The notes under the pieces: model-generated
The model's input: the letters and a program-made list of their open reading frames with translations, nothing else
Database searches by the model: none
What the model was told of the DNA's origin: nothing
Position numbers and translations under genes: made by a program
NCBI GenBank assembly: GCA_047456295.1
Contig: CP179887.1
Span: 495,159-559,158 of the forward strand
Source: Candidatus Nealsonbacteria bacterium
GTDB taxonomy: Bacteria > Patescibacteriota > Minisyncoccia > Minisyncoccales > JANBVM01
DNA: 64,000 bases
Direction: 5' to 3'
In this document: piece by piece, positions 1-8,703 of the stretch
How the letters are laid out: each line of letters begins with the position of its first letter
How positions within the stretch are numbered: the stretch's first letter is position 1

Positions 1-680
1 ATAATTTCAGTAAAATTTATTGAAGAAACGCTGATTGAAGAGGTAAATCTTAAAGAGCGTCCAGAAAAAATAATAAAACTGGTTTTGGTAGCTCCAAAAT
101 CAATTAAGAGAACAGGGGAAGTGGTGACTCCGTCTTTTATTAAAGACCGGGCAATGGCTAAAGATTCAATCTCCAGGGCCTGGGGTTCCAGTCCTGCTGA
201 TTTCAGACAAGAAAAATAAACATCAACAGTGTGTTTGGGGATAGCAGCAATCAAGACATCAAGATGATCTAGATGGTTGTTAATAGGTGAAATAACCTGA
301 AAATCTAAATAAACCTTTTCTAAGGGTATGGGGATGTAATTTTCAGCCTCGTAGATTATAGCTGACCTTAAGTCCCCAGCAGATATCTTGGGCATTTTAA
401 TGACTTGAAAAAAAGCCTTTTCCTCTGGCAAGGAACTGATAACGTACCTTGTTCCCAGTTTTTCTCCCTTCACCTCCTTGATTGCCTCCAGGATATTTTC
501 AGTCAGCTCGTCTTGTTTTATTATCTGTCCCTGTTTGATTATTCCTGGCTTTATTTTCCTTTCTCCAAAGCAAGCTAAACCCAATTCTTTTTTTCTTTTT
601 TTGAGTTTTATAATCTTTAAAGATAAATCAGAAATATCTAATCCAAAGGTTTCTGGTTTTAATTTAAAGAGTTCTAACAT
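1..680 (-). CDS. pilM: Type IV pilus assembly protein PilM (actin-like ATPase), 3' end off the left edge
   Basis: Minus-strand ATG at 678-680, open to position 1. It is absent from the ORF track because there is no stop in the window. My translation MLELFKLKPETFGLDISDLSLKIIKLKK...RSAIIYEAENYIPIPLEKVYLDFQ fits the PilM N-terminal pattern. It is the last gene of the pil operon. Confidence 0.8.
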   Translation of the reverse strand, partial: MLELFKLKPETFGLDISDLSLKIIKLKKRKKELGLACFGERKIKPGIIKQGQIIKQDELTENILEAIKEVKGEKLGTRYVISSLPEEKAFFQVIKMPKISAGDLRSAIIYEAENYIPIPLEKVYLDFQVISPINNHLDHLDVLIAAIPKHTVDVYFSCLKSAGLEPQALEIESLAIARSLIKDGVTTSPVLLIDFGATKTSFIIFSGRSLRFTSSISVSSINFTEI

Positions 681-710
681 ATTATTTACCTCTATTATTA
701 TTTTAGATTT

Positions 711-1991
711 TTATTTTGTTTCTTGCCAGCTTGCTACCTCCCAACTGCCACCAGGACCGCTGGAGAAAGAAGCGCTTTCAAGACCTGATTCATATAAAAT
801 CTCGGCATTATTATCAAGAAAGACTTTATAACCAGTAACCTCCCATACCTGGATATTGTTTCTCAATACAATCAAACCCTGGGTGGTATAAAAGATGGCA
901 GCATCAGTATTATTATCAACATCAATGGCAGGATTGGCAGTGTCTAAAACCTCTGGATTCGTTGATAAAAGCAGGAGATAACTCCCTTCTTGTCCGCTTC
1001 CCCGCAGATAGGTATTGGGTTTTACTTTAATCTTACCATCTGCAAGCAAGACCCCGCTCATTGATCCATAAGAGTTTGAATCCAGTTTAATGGTGGCTCC
1101 ATTTTTAATTGTTAAATTCCCCACCACCCAGATGGTCCCTGTCATGTTTAAGACAGCATTATTGTCCACCAGCAGGTTTCCGGTAATCTTCTTGGGTCCA
1201 AAATTTTGGGTAATCTTTCCAGAAATGGTATAGTCTCCAAAAATTACTCCGCCTCCTTCAGCTCCTTGTTTCCAGTTGTCAATTTGACCCTGGGTAATGG
1301 GTAAATCCTGGGGTGAGATTTCATCTGGCTGCTCTATGATGGTTTCACCAGCAGTACAATTCTGGATGGTTCCTCCAGAAACATAGGTTAAGGTGCCTTC
1401 TATTGTTGAGTTCTTGCAGCTATAGGCCTGGGCATCTTTACCTATTTGTAATCCTTCAATCAGATTGTTGTTTATGGCAACAGTAACACTGTCATCAATG
1501 ACACCCTTGTTTCCTCCTTTGGCTGGAAGAACACTTCCGTTGGAATAAATATTGCCCTGAACCCTTGAATTGTTTCCCATTAACAATCCTCCTTCTCCTA
1601 TCTGGGCTCCATAAAAAAAGGCAATTTCTTGGGTGGAAATCTTATAAACAGTCTGAATCTTTCTTATCCGGTTTGAAAAATCTCCCCTTGAGGTGATTGT
1701 TCTGGAACCGCCAGAAATATCTAAGATTTCTATTTGGGCGCTTCCATTACCATTGTTTAAGGTATAGGGGCTGGACCAAGCCATTCCTTTTGCCAGCCGC
1801 AACAAGGCGTCTTCTATTCCAGCTTCAGCTATGTAATAAGCCTGGCTTGATTTTATGATATTCCCAGAGATTTTTTGCTCACCATGGGTTAAGATATAGA
1901 TGCTGACAGCCATGGCAAAGATTACTGTCAGGATTAAAACAGTAATATAAAACGCGGCAAACCCATCTTGATGATTCTTTATAATAGGCAT
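711..1991 (-). CDS. Large pilus-associated protein, PilX-like N-terminal hydrophobic segment plus Gly/Asn-rich beta-rich body
   Basis: 426-aa ORF. The N-terminus QDGFAAFYITVLILTVIFAMAVSIYIL resembles a PilX_N/pseudopilin anchor. It is embedded between the pilins and pilM, and its start lies 1 nt after the upstream stop. Confidence 0.6.
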   Translation of the reverse strand: MPIIKNHQDGFAAFYITVLILTVIFAMAVSIYILTHGEQKISGNIIKSSQAYYIAEAGIEDALLRLAKGMAWSSPYTLNNGNGSAQIEILDISGGSRTITSRGDFSNRIRKIQTVYKISTQEIAFFYGAQIGEGGLLMGNNSRVQGNIYSNGSVLPAKGGNKGVIDDSVTVAINNNLIEGLQIGKDAQAYSCKNSTIEGTLTYVSGGTIQNCTAGETIIEQPDEISPQDLPITQGQIDNWKQGAEGGGVIFGDYTISGKITQNFGPKKITGNLLVDNNAVLNMTGTIWVVGNLTIKNGATIKLDSNSYGSMSGVLLADGKIKVKPNTYLRGSGQEGSYLLLLSTNPEVLDTANPAIDVDNNTDAAIFYTTQGLIVLRNNIQVWEVTGYKVFLDNNAEILYESGLESASFSSGPGGSWEVASWQETK

Positions 1992-1992
1992 T

Positions 1993-2523
1993 TTAATATG
2001 ATCTTAATGAGGCAGTGGACGTGGTGTTAACAGAGGCTTGGTGCTCTGGTTTGTTTGTTGGAGCCTTATAATCAACTTTTAAATTAATCTGGATGGAGGG
2101 AGCAGTGGAAGTAGTGGCAATATAATGAAATGCCAAAACATTCACCTGTACATTGTCAGAAGTCAGGACAATGGGATTCTGGTCTTCTTTTTTCAAACAA
2201 AGACGATATTCACACACATAGAAATCAATGTATGTTTTATTCTCTCCTTCAGGAAGGTATCTTGTTGTTTGTAGAGAAAGTTGGCCCTCGTTGCTGGAAA
2301 ATACAGAGGTAGGTGTATAAACACCTTCTGCACTTTTTATTTCATAAGTCATTATTTCCATGGCCCTCCTGACATTGTAAATGGTTTCATTCATTACCTT
2401 GGTTTTGGTGTTTAAACGGTTTGTCCAGAGAAAAAAAGAGGAAACAGTCATAAGAATGATTACCATCACTCCCACATACACCAGGATTTCAATTAAAGTA
2501 AACCCTTTTTTCATTGTTTCCAA
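1993..2523 (-). CDS. Prepilin-type N-terminal cleavage/methylation domain protein (minor pilin, PilW-like)
   Basis: The N-terminus MKKGFTLIEILVYVGVMVIIL is a canonical G/FTLIE class III signal with Glu5. It sits in the pil operon. Confidence 0.8.
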   Translation of the reverse strand: METMKKGFTLIEILVYVGVMVIILMTVSSFFLWTNRLNTKTKVMNETIYNVRRAMEIMTYEIKSAEGVYTPTSVFSSNEGQLSLQTTRYLPEGENKTYIDFYVCEYRLCLKKEDQNPIVLTSDNVQVNVLAFHYIATTSTAPSIQINLKVDYKAPTNKPEHQASVNTTSTASLRSY

Positions 2524-3008
2524 TTAGTTAAATAAGTGGATAATTCTATCTGATGGTTTTTACCCCTTTCCTGCCAGGAAACAGCAGCTATTACCCTTCT
2601 TGTATCAGGATCATTGATTCCTCCTGCAAGAACAATGTTGTCGTTCCCGTCTCTCATTACATTTTCAAAAACAACCCTTTGAGTAAAACCCTCTGTTGTT
2701 TCGGTCCCCTCAGACAATTGCCACTGTAAGGGAGAGCCAGACTTTTGAATATAATAATCAGTGCTGACGTTTAATGCTCCCAGACCATCTGTATTCCAAT
2801 TTGTTCCATCCCGGAAATTCCTGACCTGCTCTATTGTTTCTTGAGTAATGTTATTGGCTTGATGGGTCTGTTTTATTAATGTAGAAGCTCTTAAAGAAAA
2901 AGAAACCAACTTCAAAATACTGGTTAGGGCAATGGTGATAATGGTAATCACCACCAATATCTCCATTACTGAAGCTGCTTTTTTACTGCTGTATGGGTTC
3001 TGAAACAT
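2511..3008 (-). CDS. Pilin-like protein with degenerate prepilin signal (PilV-like)
   Basis: SSKKAASVMEILVVITIITIAL has the hydrophobic helix with Glu at +5, but A/S replaces G/F at the cleavage site. The track ORF starts at 3047; I prefer the internal ATG at 3008 (MFQNPYSS). The start is uncertain. Confidence 0.55.
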   Translation of the reverse strand: MFQNPYSSKKAASVMEILVVITIITIALTSILKLVSFSLRASTLIKQTHQANNITQETIEQVRNFRDGTNWNTDGLGALNVSTDYYIQKSGSPLQWQLSEGTETTEGFTQRVVFENVMRDGNDNIVLAGGINDPDTRRVIAAVSWQERGKNHQIELSTYLTNWKQ

Positions 3009-3885
3009 AAATTGAAGTACCTTTAGTGGTTTGACCCTCAACATCATAACTAATTAAATCACCGGTTGTATCTCCGCTGATTTCAACTTTTAAAGCCTTT
3101 GTATTGTATCTTCTATCCCGATGGATGCAGAATTGGGTATCAGGACTGTTTAATCTATGAGTGTGAATTTTTAGTTTTTGAGATTCTCCTCCAACATCAA
3201 CCTGACCCTCCCAATAAATCTGTCCCTCTTTCATATTGTCTATAATTATAATGTCTCTGGTAATAGTAGAGCTGTTATGGCTAAAAATGAGTTTCAGGGT
3301 CTCGGTTGAAGTTTCAATGTGACGATTATAATCAAAATGGACATGACGGGAATCTTTAATTCTATTGGTGTCAGCAGGAGTGATTCCTTGTGTAGAGGTT
3401 ATTTGACCAGAGGATTGAACAAAGATTTGTTTATCTTTTGAGACATCCTCTTTTAATCTTAGGGATATTTTACCAGACTGACTGGTGGTTCCCACTATTC
3501 GGTCAAAAACCAGTTCTGTTTCTCCCAAAAAATCAATCTCATAAAACTCAACCCCTTGGGAAAGAGCATAAACCTTGTCAACAGAGACATCCCGGGATTC
3601 ATAACTGCTTCCTTTAAAAAAGGTATATTGATGGGGCAAGGTAGAGGTAGAAAAATAAACTCCCCACTGACTGTCTTTTTCTGAAGCCAGGGTTTTATTT
3701 TGAGCAAGCCTTAAGATATTGATGATTTCTTCAGCATTGTTTATTAAGCCTGACTCTTTACGGAAAACACTGAAAGATGGAATAACCAGGGAGGCTGCAA
3801 TAATTACAATCCCAATAATAATCAATAATTCAACTAGGGAAAAACCTAACTTATTTTGGATTTGACATTGCATATCTTTTTTCAT
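2983..3885 (-). CDS. Prepilin-type pilin (GspH/FimT-like), 300 aa
   Basis: Leader MKKDMQCQIQNKLG followed by FSLVELLIIIGIVIIAASL, then an AEEIINILRLAQNKTLAS helix typical of GspH/FimT-like pseudopilins. There is a 4-nt overlap with the pilC stop. Confidence 0.75.
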   Translation of the reverse strand: MKKDMQCQIQNKLGFSLVELLIIIGIVIIAASLVIPSFSVFRKESGLINNAEEIINILRLAQNKTLASEKDSQWGVYFSTSTLPHQYTFFKGSSYESRDVSVDKVYALSQGVEFYEIDFLGETELVFDRIVGTTSQSGKISLRLKEDVSKDKQIFVQSSGQITSTQGITPADTNRIKDSRHVHFDYNRHIETSTETLKLIFSHNSSTITRDIIIIDNMKEGQIYWEGQVDVGGESQKLKIHTHRLNSPDTQFCIHRDRRYNTKALKVEISGDTTGDLISYDVEGQTTKGTSIYVSEPIQQ

Positions 3886-5096
3886 TCTATTCCTTCCAAC
3901 ATTGAATACATTGGTTGAATCATGGATATAGCAAAGAAACCCACTGATGCTCCAATAATCAGCATTAAAATAGGTTCTACAACCGAGGTTAAGTTCTTTG
4001 TGACATTAGAGACTTCTTCCTCAAAAAAGTCAGCCAGATTTACCAACACATCGGAGGTCTTACCTGTTTGTTCCCCTACGGCAATCATTTGAATTACTAT
4101 AGAAGGATAAACGCCCTCATAATCTTTTAAGGCCTCAGACAATTTTTCTCCTTTTCTGACCCTTTTTGCAGCTTCAGCCAGGGCTGTTTTGAAATAAAAA
4201 TTTCCCAGGGTTCCAGAAGTAATTTCCAGGGACCTGGGAAGGGGAGTGCCAGCAGCAATCAAAGAGCTTAAGGTTCTGAGTGCATAAGCTGAATTGGTAC
4301 CTCTGATAATGGGAGAGATAATGGGAATGCTCAAAAGAGCCTTATCTACCAGTTTTTTAATTTCTTTTACCTTAAGGGCTTGTCTGAAAGCAATAATGGA
4401 GAGAAAAAATATAATAATCACTAAATACCACTTCTGGTTTAAGAAGTTCCCCAGACCAATAATCATTTTAGTGGTGGCGGGAAGTTCAATATTTAATTCT
4501 TTAAAGGTAATGGCAAGACTGGGAATAACCATAACCAGCATCAAGATTCCAATCCCGATCATGGTACAAATGATTACAGCTGGATAAATCAAGGCGCCTG
4601 TTAGTTTAGATTTCAAAGAATGTTCTTTTTCCATCTGCAGATTCAGGGTTTCCAAAACCCTTTCCAGGGTTCCTGATTCTTCTCCCACCTTTATCATGTT
4701 CTGGAAAAGTTCAGGAAAGATAATTGGATGGCGGGCCAAAGATTCAGAGAGGCTTTTTCCCCTTGTGATTTCTTGTCTAATGTCTAGCAGGGCTGTTCTT
4801 AATTTGTGGTTTTTCGTTTGGTTGGCTAAGGATCCAATCGCTTCAGGTAAAGGAAGCCCGGCTGAGGTCATTACCCTGAGATTCCTTAGAAAAAACATCT
4901 TTTCGGTTAAAGTAACCTTACCAAAAGGAAGAGAGATTTCAAACCCCTGTTTTTTTAATCTTCCTGTTTTGGCCTTAATTAAAACAAATCCTTTTTCACG
5001 CAGTTTTTGGGACAACTGATGAATGTCTTTTGCTTCCAAAACCCCTTGTTTTTCCTCCCCTTTAAAGGATTTAGCTGTGTAGAAATAACGAGGCAT
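3882..5096 (-). CDS. pilC: Type IV pilus platform protein PilC (GspF family)
   Basis: 404 aa with two T2SSF repeats, polytopic, directly downstream of pilB. Confidence 0.9.
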   Translation of the reverse strand: MPRYFYTAKSFKGEEKQGVLEAKDIHQLSQKLREKGFVLIKAKTGRLKKQGFEISLPFGKVTLTEKMFFLRNLRVMTSAGLPLPEAIGSLANQTKNHKLRTALLDIRQEITRGKSLSESLARHPIIFPELFQNMIKVGEESGTLERVLETLNLQMEKEHSLKSKLTGALIYPAVIICTMIGIGILMLVMVIPSLAITFKELNIELPATTKMIIGLGNFLNQKWYLVIIIFFLSIIAFRQALKVKEIKKLVDKALLSIPIISPIIRGTNSAYALRTLSSLIAAGTPLPRSLEITSGTLGNFYFKTALAEAAKRVRKGEKLSEALKDYEGVYPSIVIQMIAVGEQTGKTSDVLVNLADFFEEEVSNVTKNLTSVVEPILMLIIGASVGFFAISMIQPMYSMLEGIE

Positions 5097-5129
5097 GTAG
5101 ATAGGTATTAAATATATTAACCTTACAGC

Positions 5130-6866
5130 TTATTCAATAATAACCCTGAGCACCTCTTCGATTGATGTTATGCCCTGGGCTGCCTTAATAAATCCATCTT
5201 CAACCATTGTTCTCATTCCTTCTTTCACCGCCTGTTTCTGGACTTGATCTGAGGTAGCCTGTTTAACAATCAATTCCTTTATGGTTTCTGTAACAGGCAG
5301 GACCTCAAAGATTCCAATCCGTTCTTTATACCCATCAGGACACTTTTCAGTAATCTTGGGTCGATAAAAAGGAATATTTTTCCAGTTTGCTTTTGGTCTC
5401 ACGATTTTCTCTGCTTTTAAAATCTTCAAGATTTTATCTAAATCACAGTATTTAGCCATTTCTTTTAACTCTGATTCTTTCAGGGTATACTTTTCTCTTT
5501 CAGGACACAATCTCCTGACAAGTCTTTGGGCTACAATACAGTTTAAGGTAGAGGAGATCAAAAATGGTTCACATTCCATGTCGATTAATCTGGGCAGGCT
5601 TCCAGCAGCAGTGTTTGTATGCAGGGTTGATAAAACCAGATGCCCGGTTAAGGCAGCATTAATGGCCAGGTTGGCAGTTTCATTATCCCTGATTTCTCCC
5701 ACCATAATAATGTTTGGGTCTTGCCTCAGCAGGGATCTGAGACCAGTGGCAAAGGTAAAACCAATCTTTGGATTAACCTGGGTTTGATTAATCCTTGCTA
5801 TCCGGTATTCAATCGGGTCTTCAATAGTAGAGATGTTTATTCCCGGGTCATTTAGAATTTCTACCATTGAATACAGGGTAGTGGTTTTTCCGCAACCAGT
5901 AGGTCCTGTGACCAGAATCATTCCCACAGGTTTTCTTAAGTTGGCCTGGAGATGCTCCAGGTTGTTTCCTGTTAAACCCAACTGTTCCAGGCCAAAAGCC
6001 TTGGCAGTTTCTGGTAAAAGACGCATGACCACTTTTTCTCCGTCAAACACAGGCATGATTGACACCCTAATGGAATATTTATAGTCTTTAGCTTTTACTT
6101 TGAAACGACCGTCCTGGGGCAATCGATGTTCGTCTAATTTTAAATTAGAAAGAACCTTTATCCTGGCCACAATTCCAGAAGCAGTAATCCTGGGCAGGGT
6201 CATGGCATCCCTTAAAACCCCATCGATTCGATATCTTACCAACACTTCTTTTTCTGTTGGTTCAATATGAATATCAGAAGCTCTCTGTAAAACAGCGTGC
6301 TTTAACAAGGTATCAACAATCCTGATAATAGGCAGTTCTTCAGCCATTTTCTGGAGCTCGGCTTTTTCTTCTTCTTTGACCGGTTTTATTAGCTTGACCT
6401 CTTCCTTGATTATCTCTCCGAATTCAGCTTTTAAGGTTTTTTGATATTGGCGTAGCACATTTTTAATTGAACCAGGCGTGGTAAGCCGGGGCAGGATTCT
6501 CAAGCTGGTTGTTTTTTTAATAAATTCAATGGTTCTCAGGTCTTCTGGATCAAGCATGGCCACCTCCAGATTGTTCCCTGATATCCTGAAAGCCACTATA
6601 TTGTTGGAACGGGCAATGGGTTCAGGAATAATTTTTAAAACCTTGGGAGGAACCATTTCTTTTTCCAGATCAACAAAGGGAATCCCTAAGATATATGCTT
6701 CTAATTTGATTAATTCTTCTCTGGTAATTAACCCATCTGACACCAAAACATCACTAACCTTTTGTTTGGTCTTGGCAGCTTTTTTTTGAGCTTCATCAAA
6801 TTGCTTTTCAGTAACCAGGCCGGCACCCAATAAGAATGCTTTTAATTGTTGGGGTTCCACCCGCAT
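5130..6866 (-). CDS. pilB: Type IV pilus assembly ATPase PilB (GspE family)
   Basis: 578 aa with Walker A GPTGCGKTT, the MVGEIRD Asp box, His box LTGHLVLSTLHTN and a C-terminal tetracysteine-type segment. Confidence 0.92.
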   Translation of the reverse strand: MRVEPQQLKAFLLGAGLVTEKQFDEAQKKAAKTKQKVSDVLVSDGLITREELIKLEAYILGIPFVDLEKEMVPPKVLKIIPEPIARSNNIVAFRISGNNLEVAMLDPEDLRTIEFIKKTTSLRILPRLTTPGSIKNVLRQYQKTLKAEFGEIIKEEVKLIKPVKEEEKAELQKMAEELPIIRIVDTLLKHAVLQRASDIHIEPTEKEVLVRYRIDGVLRDAMTLPRITASGIVARIKVLSNLKLDEHRLPQDGRFKVKAKDYKYSIRVSIMPVFDGEKVVMRLLPETAKAFGLEQLGLTGNNLEHLQANLRKPVGMILVTGPTGCGKTTTLYSMVEILNDPGINISTIEDPIEYRIARINQTQVNPKIGFTFATGLRSLLRQDPNIIMVGEIRDNETANLAINAALTGHLVLSTLHTNTAAGSLPRLIDMECEPFLISSTLNCIVAQRLVRRLCPEREKYTLKESELKEMAKYCDLDKILKILKAEKIVRPKANWKNIPFYRPKITEKCPDGYKERIGIFEVLPVTETIKELIVKQATSDQVQKQAVKEGMRTMVEDGFIKAAQGITSIEEVLRVIIE

Positions 6867-6922
6867 AATATATCTTCTGGATAATTATTTGAATAATAGC
6901 CTTAAAACCAGAATCCTGGACA

Positions 6923-7291
6923 CTATTCACCCAGGGCTTTTTTGATTTTCTTTACCACTTCTTTTAAGCCGTAATAGGCTTTTATCAGATAGGTTGTAGC
7001 CCCGAGTTCAAGTGCCCTATCCACTTCCTCTATTGATTCCAGGTTGGTTAAAACAATTACCGGGATATCTTTTGTTTCCTCGTCTTGTTTTAACTTTTTC
7101 AAAACGTCAAAACCATGAATCTTGGGCAAGATGAGGTCAAGTAGAATCAAATCAGGTTTTTTGCTCTTGGCCATCTTTAAACCAGTCTCTCCGTCAAGAG
7201 CTGGAATTGTCTCGTACCCCTCTGTCTTTAAAATATCACCAAGGGTTTTTTGGAGGGCAGATTCGTCTTCAATAAAGAGAATTGTTTTCAT
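6923..7291 (-). CDS. Single-domain response regulator (CheY-like receiver)
   Basis: 122 aa with an FIEDE acidic pocket, phospho-acceptor context DLILLDLILP, and a conserved T and K. Confidence 0.9.
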   Translation of the reverse strand: MKTILFIEDESALQKTLGDILKTEGYETIPALDGETGLKMAKSKKPDLILLDLILPKIHGFDVLKKLKQDEETKDIPVIVLTNLESIEEVDRALELGATTYLIKAYYGLKEVVKKIKKALGE

Positions 7292-7295
7292 ATTA

Positions 7296-8246
7296 TTATT
7301 TTTTTATTGGTAAGGTAAACCAAAATGTCGACCCCACACCTTCTTTAGATTTAAAAAATATTTTTCCTCCCAATCTTTTAATGATAGCTTTTGAAATATA
7401 CAGGCCCAAGCCAGCACCCTGGGTTTGATACTTTAAGACATTTCTTGAACGGAAAAATTTTGTAAAGATATATTTTTTGTCCATTTCCGGAATACCAACA
7501 CCAGTATCTTTTATTGAAAAACAGATGTTTTTACCTTTTTTAAAAAGTTCTATCTCAACCCTTCCCCTGTCTTTTATATATCTAATGGCATTATCCAGGA
7601 GATTCTCTATTACCAGTCTGAGATGGAGGGGATCAGAAAAGACCTGTGGTAAATTTCCACGGGCATTAAAAGATATTTTTACGTTGGAGGCTTCAATAAA
7701 CGGTCTGTATTCAGAGATTAAATCTTCAATCAATTCCTTTATGGAAAAATCCTTTTTCCTTACAGGCAGTTTAGCAGCTTCAATCCTGGAAACAGTTAAC
7801 AGTTCGGAAATCAAATCCTGCATTCTATTGATATTTTCTTTCAATATCCCAAAATAGTCTGTCTGCTCTTTTTTTGTTTGTCCTGACTTTCCAGACATTA
7901 ACAATTCAATTACCCATCTTAGATTTGAGAGAGGGGACCTTAATTGATGGGTTGCCACACTAATGAATTCTGATTTCATTCGGTTTGCTTCAGCCAATCT
8001 TTCATAACCTTGGGTTATCACAAAGGTAAGAACAAATAAGACTGCCACAAGCACAAGAACAATTAAACTAACTATCAGAGGATCTTCAATATGACGGGTA
8101 CCAATGTTATAGGCTGTTAAAGCTGAAACAATAATAACTATTCCCATTATTAAAAAAAGAAACTGAGGACACTGCCAAAGAGAAAGATTGTATTTTTTGC
8201 ACTGGGCAGAAATATTTAATTGATCTAAAACTTCTTTGAACAACAT
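7296..8246 (-). CDS. Sensor histidine kinase (2 TM, HisKA + HATPase_c)
   Basis: H-box SEFISVATHQLRSPL, N-box LLDNAIRY, G-boxes DTGVGI and GAGLGLYISK. The track ORF begins at GTG 8267; the ATG at 8246 is preferred. Confidence 0.9.
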   Translation of the reverse strand: MLFKEVLDQLNISAQCKKYNLSLWQCPQFLFLIMGIVIIVSALTAYNIGTRHIEDPLIVSLIVLVLVAVLFVLTFVITQGYERLAEANRMKSEFISVATHQLRSPLSNLRWVIELLMSGKSGQTKKEQTDYFGILKENINRMQDLISELLTVSRIEAAKLPVRKKDFSIKELIEDLISEYRPFIEASNVKISFNARGNLPQVFSDPLHLRLVIENLLDNAIRYIKDRGRVEIELFKKGKNICFSIKDTGVGIPEMDKKYIFTKFFRSRNVLKYQTQGAGLGLYISKAIIKRLGGKIFFKSKEGVGSTFWFTLPIKK

Positions 8247-8332
8247 TATTATTTTAGTATAACACACGAATTAACCGAAGAAAACAAATACATTTTACAG
8301 AGATTATACAACCTGTTTTTTGTTTTTATTGA

Positions 8333-8361
8333 TTGACGGAAGGAAAATAAATTGATAAAAT
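8333..8361 (+). promoter_or_regulatory. Sigma70-like promoter candidate upstream of the tRNA-Pro/tRNA-Gly pair
   Basis: TTGACG, a 17-nt spacer, then TAAAAT. It lies about 140 nt upstream of tRNA-Pro. Pattern match only. Confidence 0.3.
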
Positions 8362-8502
8362 GAGTCATAATTTTTCCAGAACTGATTTTATAATGACGCT
8401 TCCTTTGCCAGGCCAAAAAAACAGGTTTGGCCCAGTAAATTTTTATCTGCAGTCACTAATTGAGTTTCCAAAGAAAAGTTAGATGGTAATAAAATTGTAT
8501 AT

Positions 8503-8573
8503 CGGGGTGTAGTATACCGGTAGTACGCGTCCTTTGGGAGGATGAAGACTGGGTTCAATTCCCGGCACCCCGA
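8503..8573 (+). tRNA. tRNA-Pro (anticodon TGG), no encoded CCA
   Basis: Hand fold: acceptor cggggtg/caccccg, anticodon stem cgtcc/ggatg, loop ttTGGga, T arm ctggg-ttcaatt-cccgg. Confidence 0.9.
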
Positions 8574-8588
8574 TAATGAATATTAATT

Positions 8589-8660
8589 GCGGGCGTCGTA
8601 TAATGGTTATTATCTAGCCCTTCCAAGGCTATGATGAGGGTTCGATTCCCTTCGCCCGCT
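8589..8660 (+). tRNA. tRNA-Gly (anticodon TCC), no encoded CCA
   Basis: Acceptor gcgggcg/cgcccgc, anticodon stem tagcc/ggcta, loop ctTCCaa, T loop ttcgatt. Confidence 0.9.
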
Positions 8661-8703
8661 CAAACAAAAACCCCCTGCCAGATTTGGTAGGGGCTGTTTG
8701 TTT
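8661..8703. terminator. Long hairpin between the tRNA-Gly 3' end and the rny stop (bidirectional terminator candidate)
   Basis: caaacaaaaaccccctgcc-agattt-ggtaggggctgtttgttt, with one G-U pair. Confidence 0.5.

Noticed and set aside
478-831. 117-aa plus-strand ORF from the supplied track
   Set aside because: It lies antisense to pilM and to the 3' end of the PilX-like gene. Its translation is low-complexity and hydrophobic (an AT-rich antisense artefact) with no start context.
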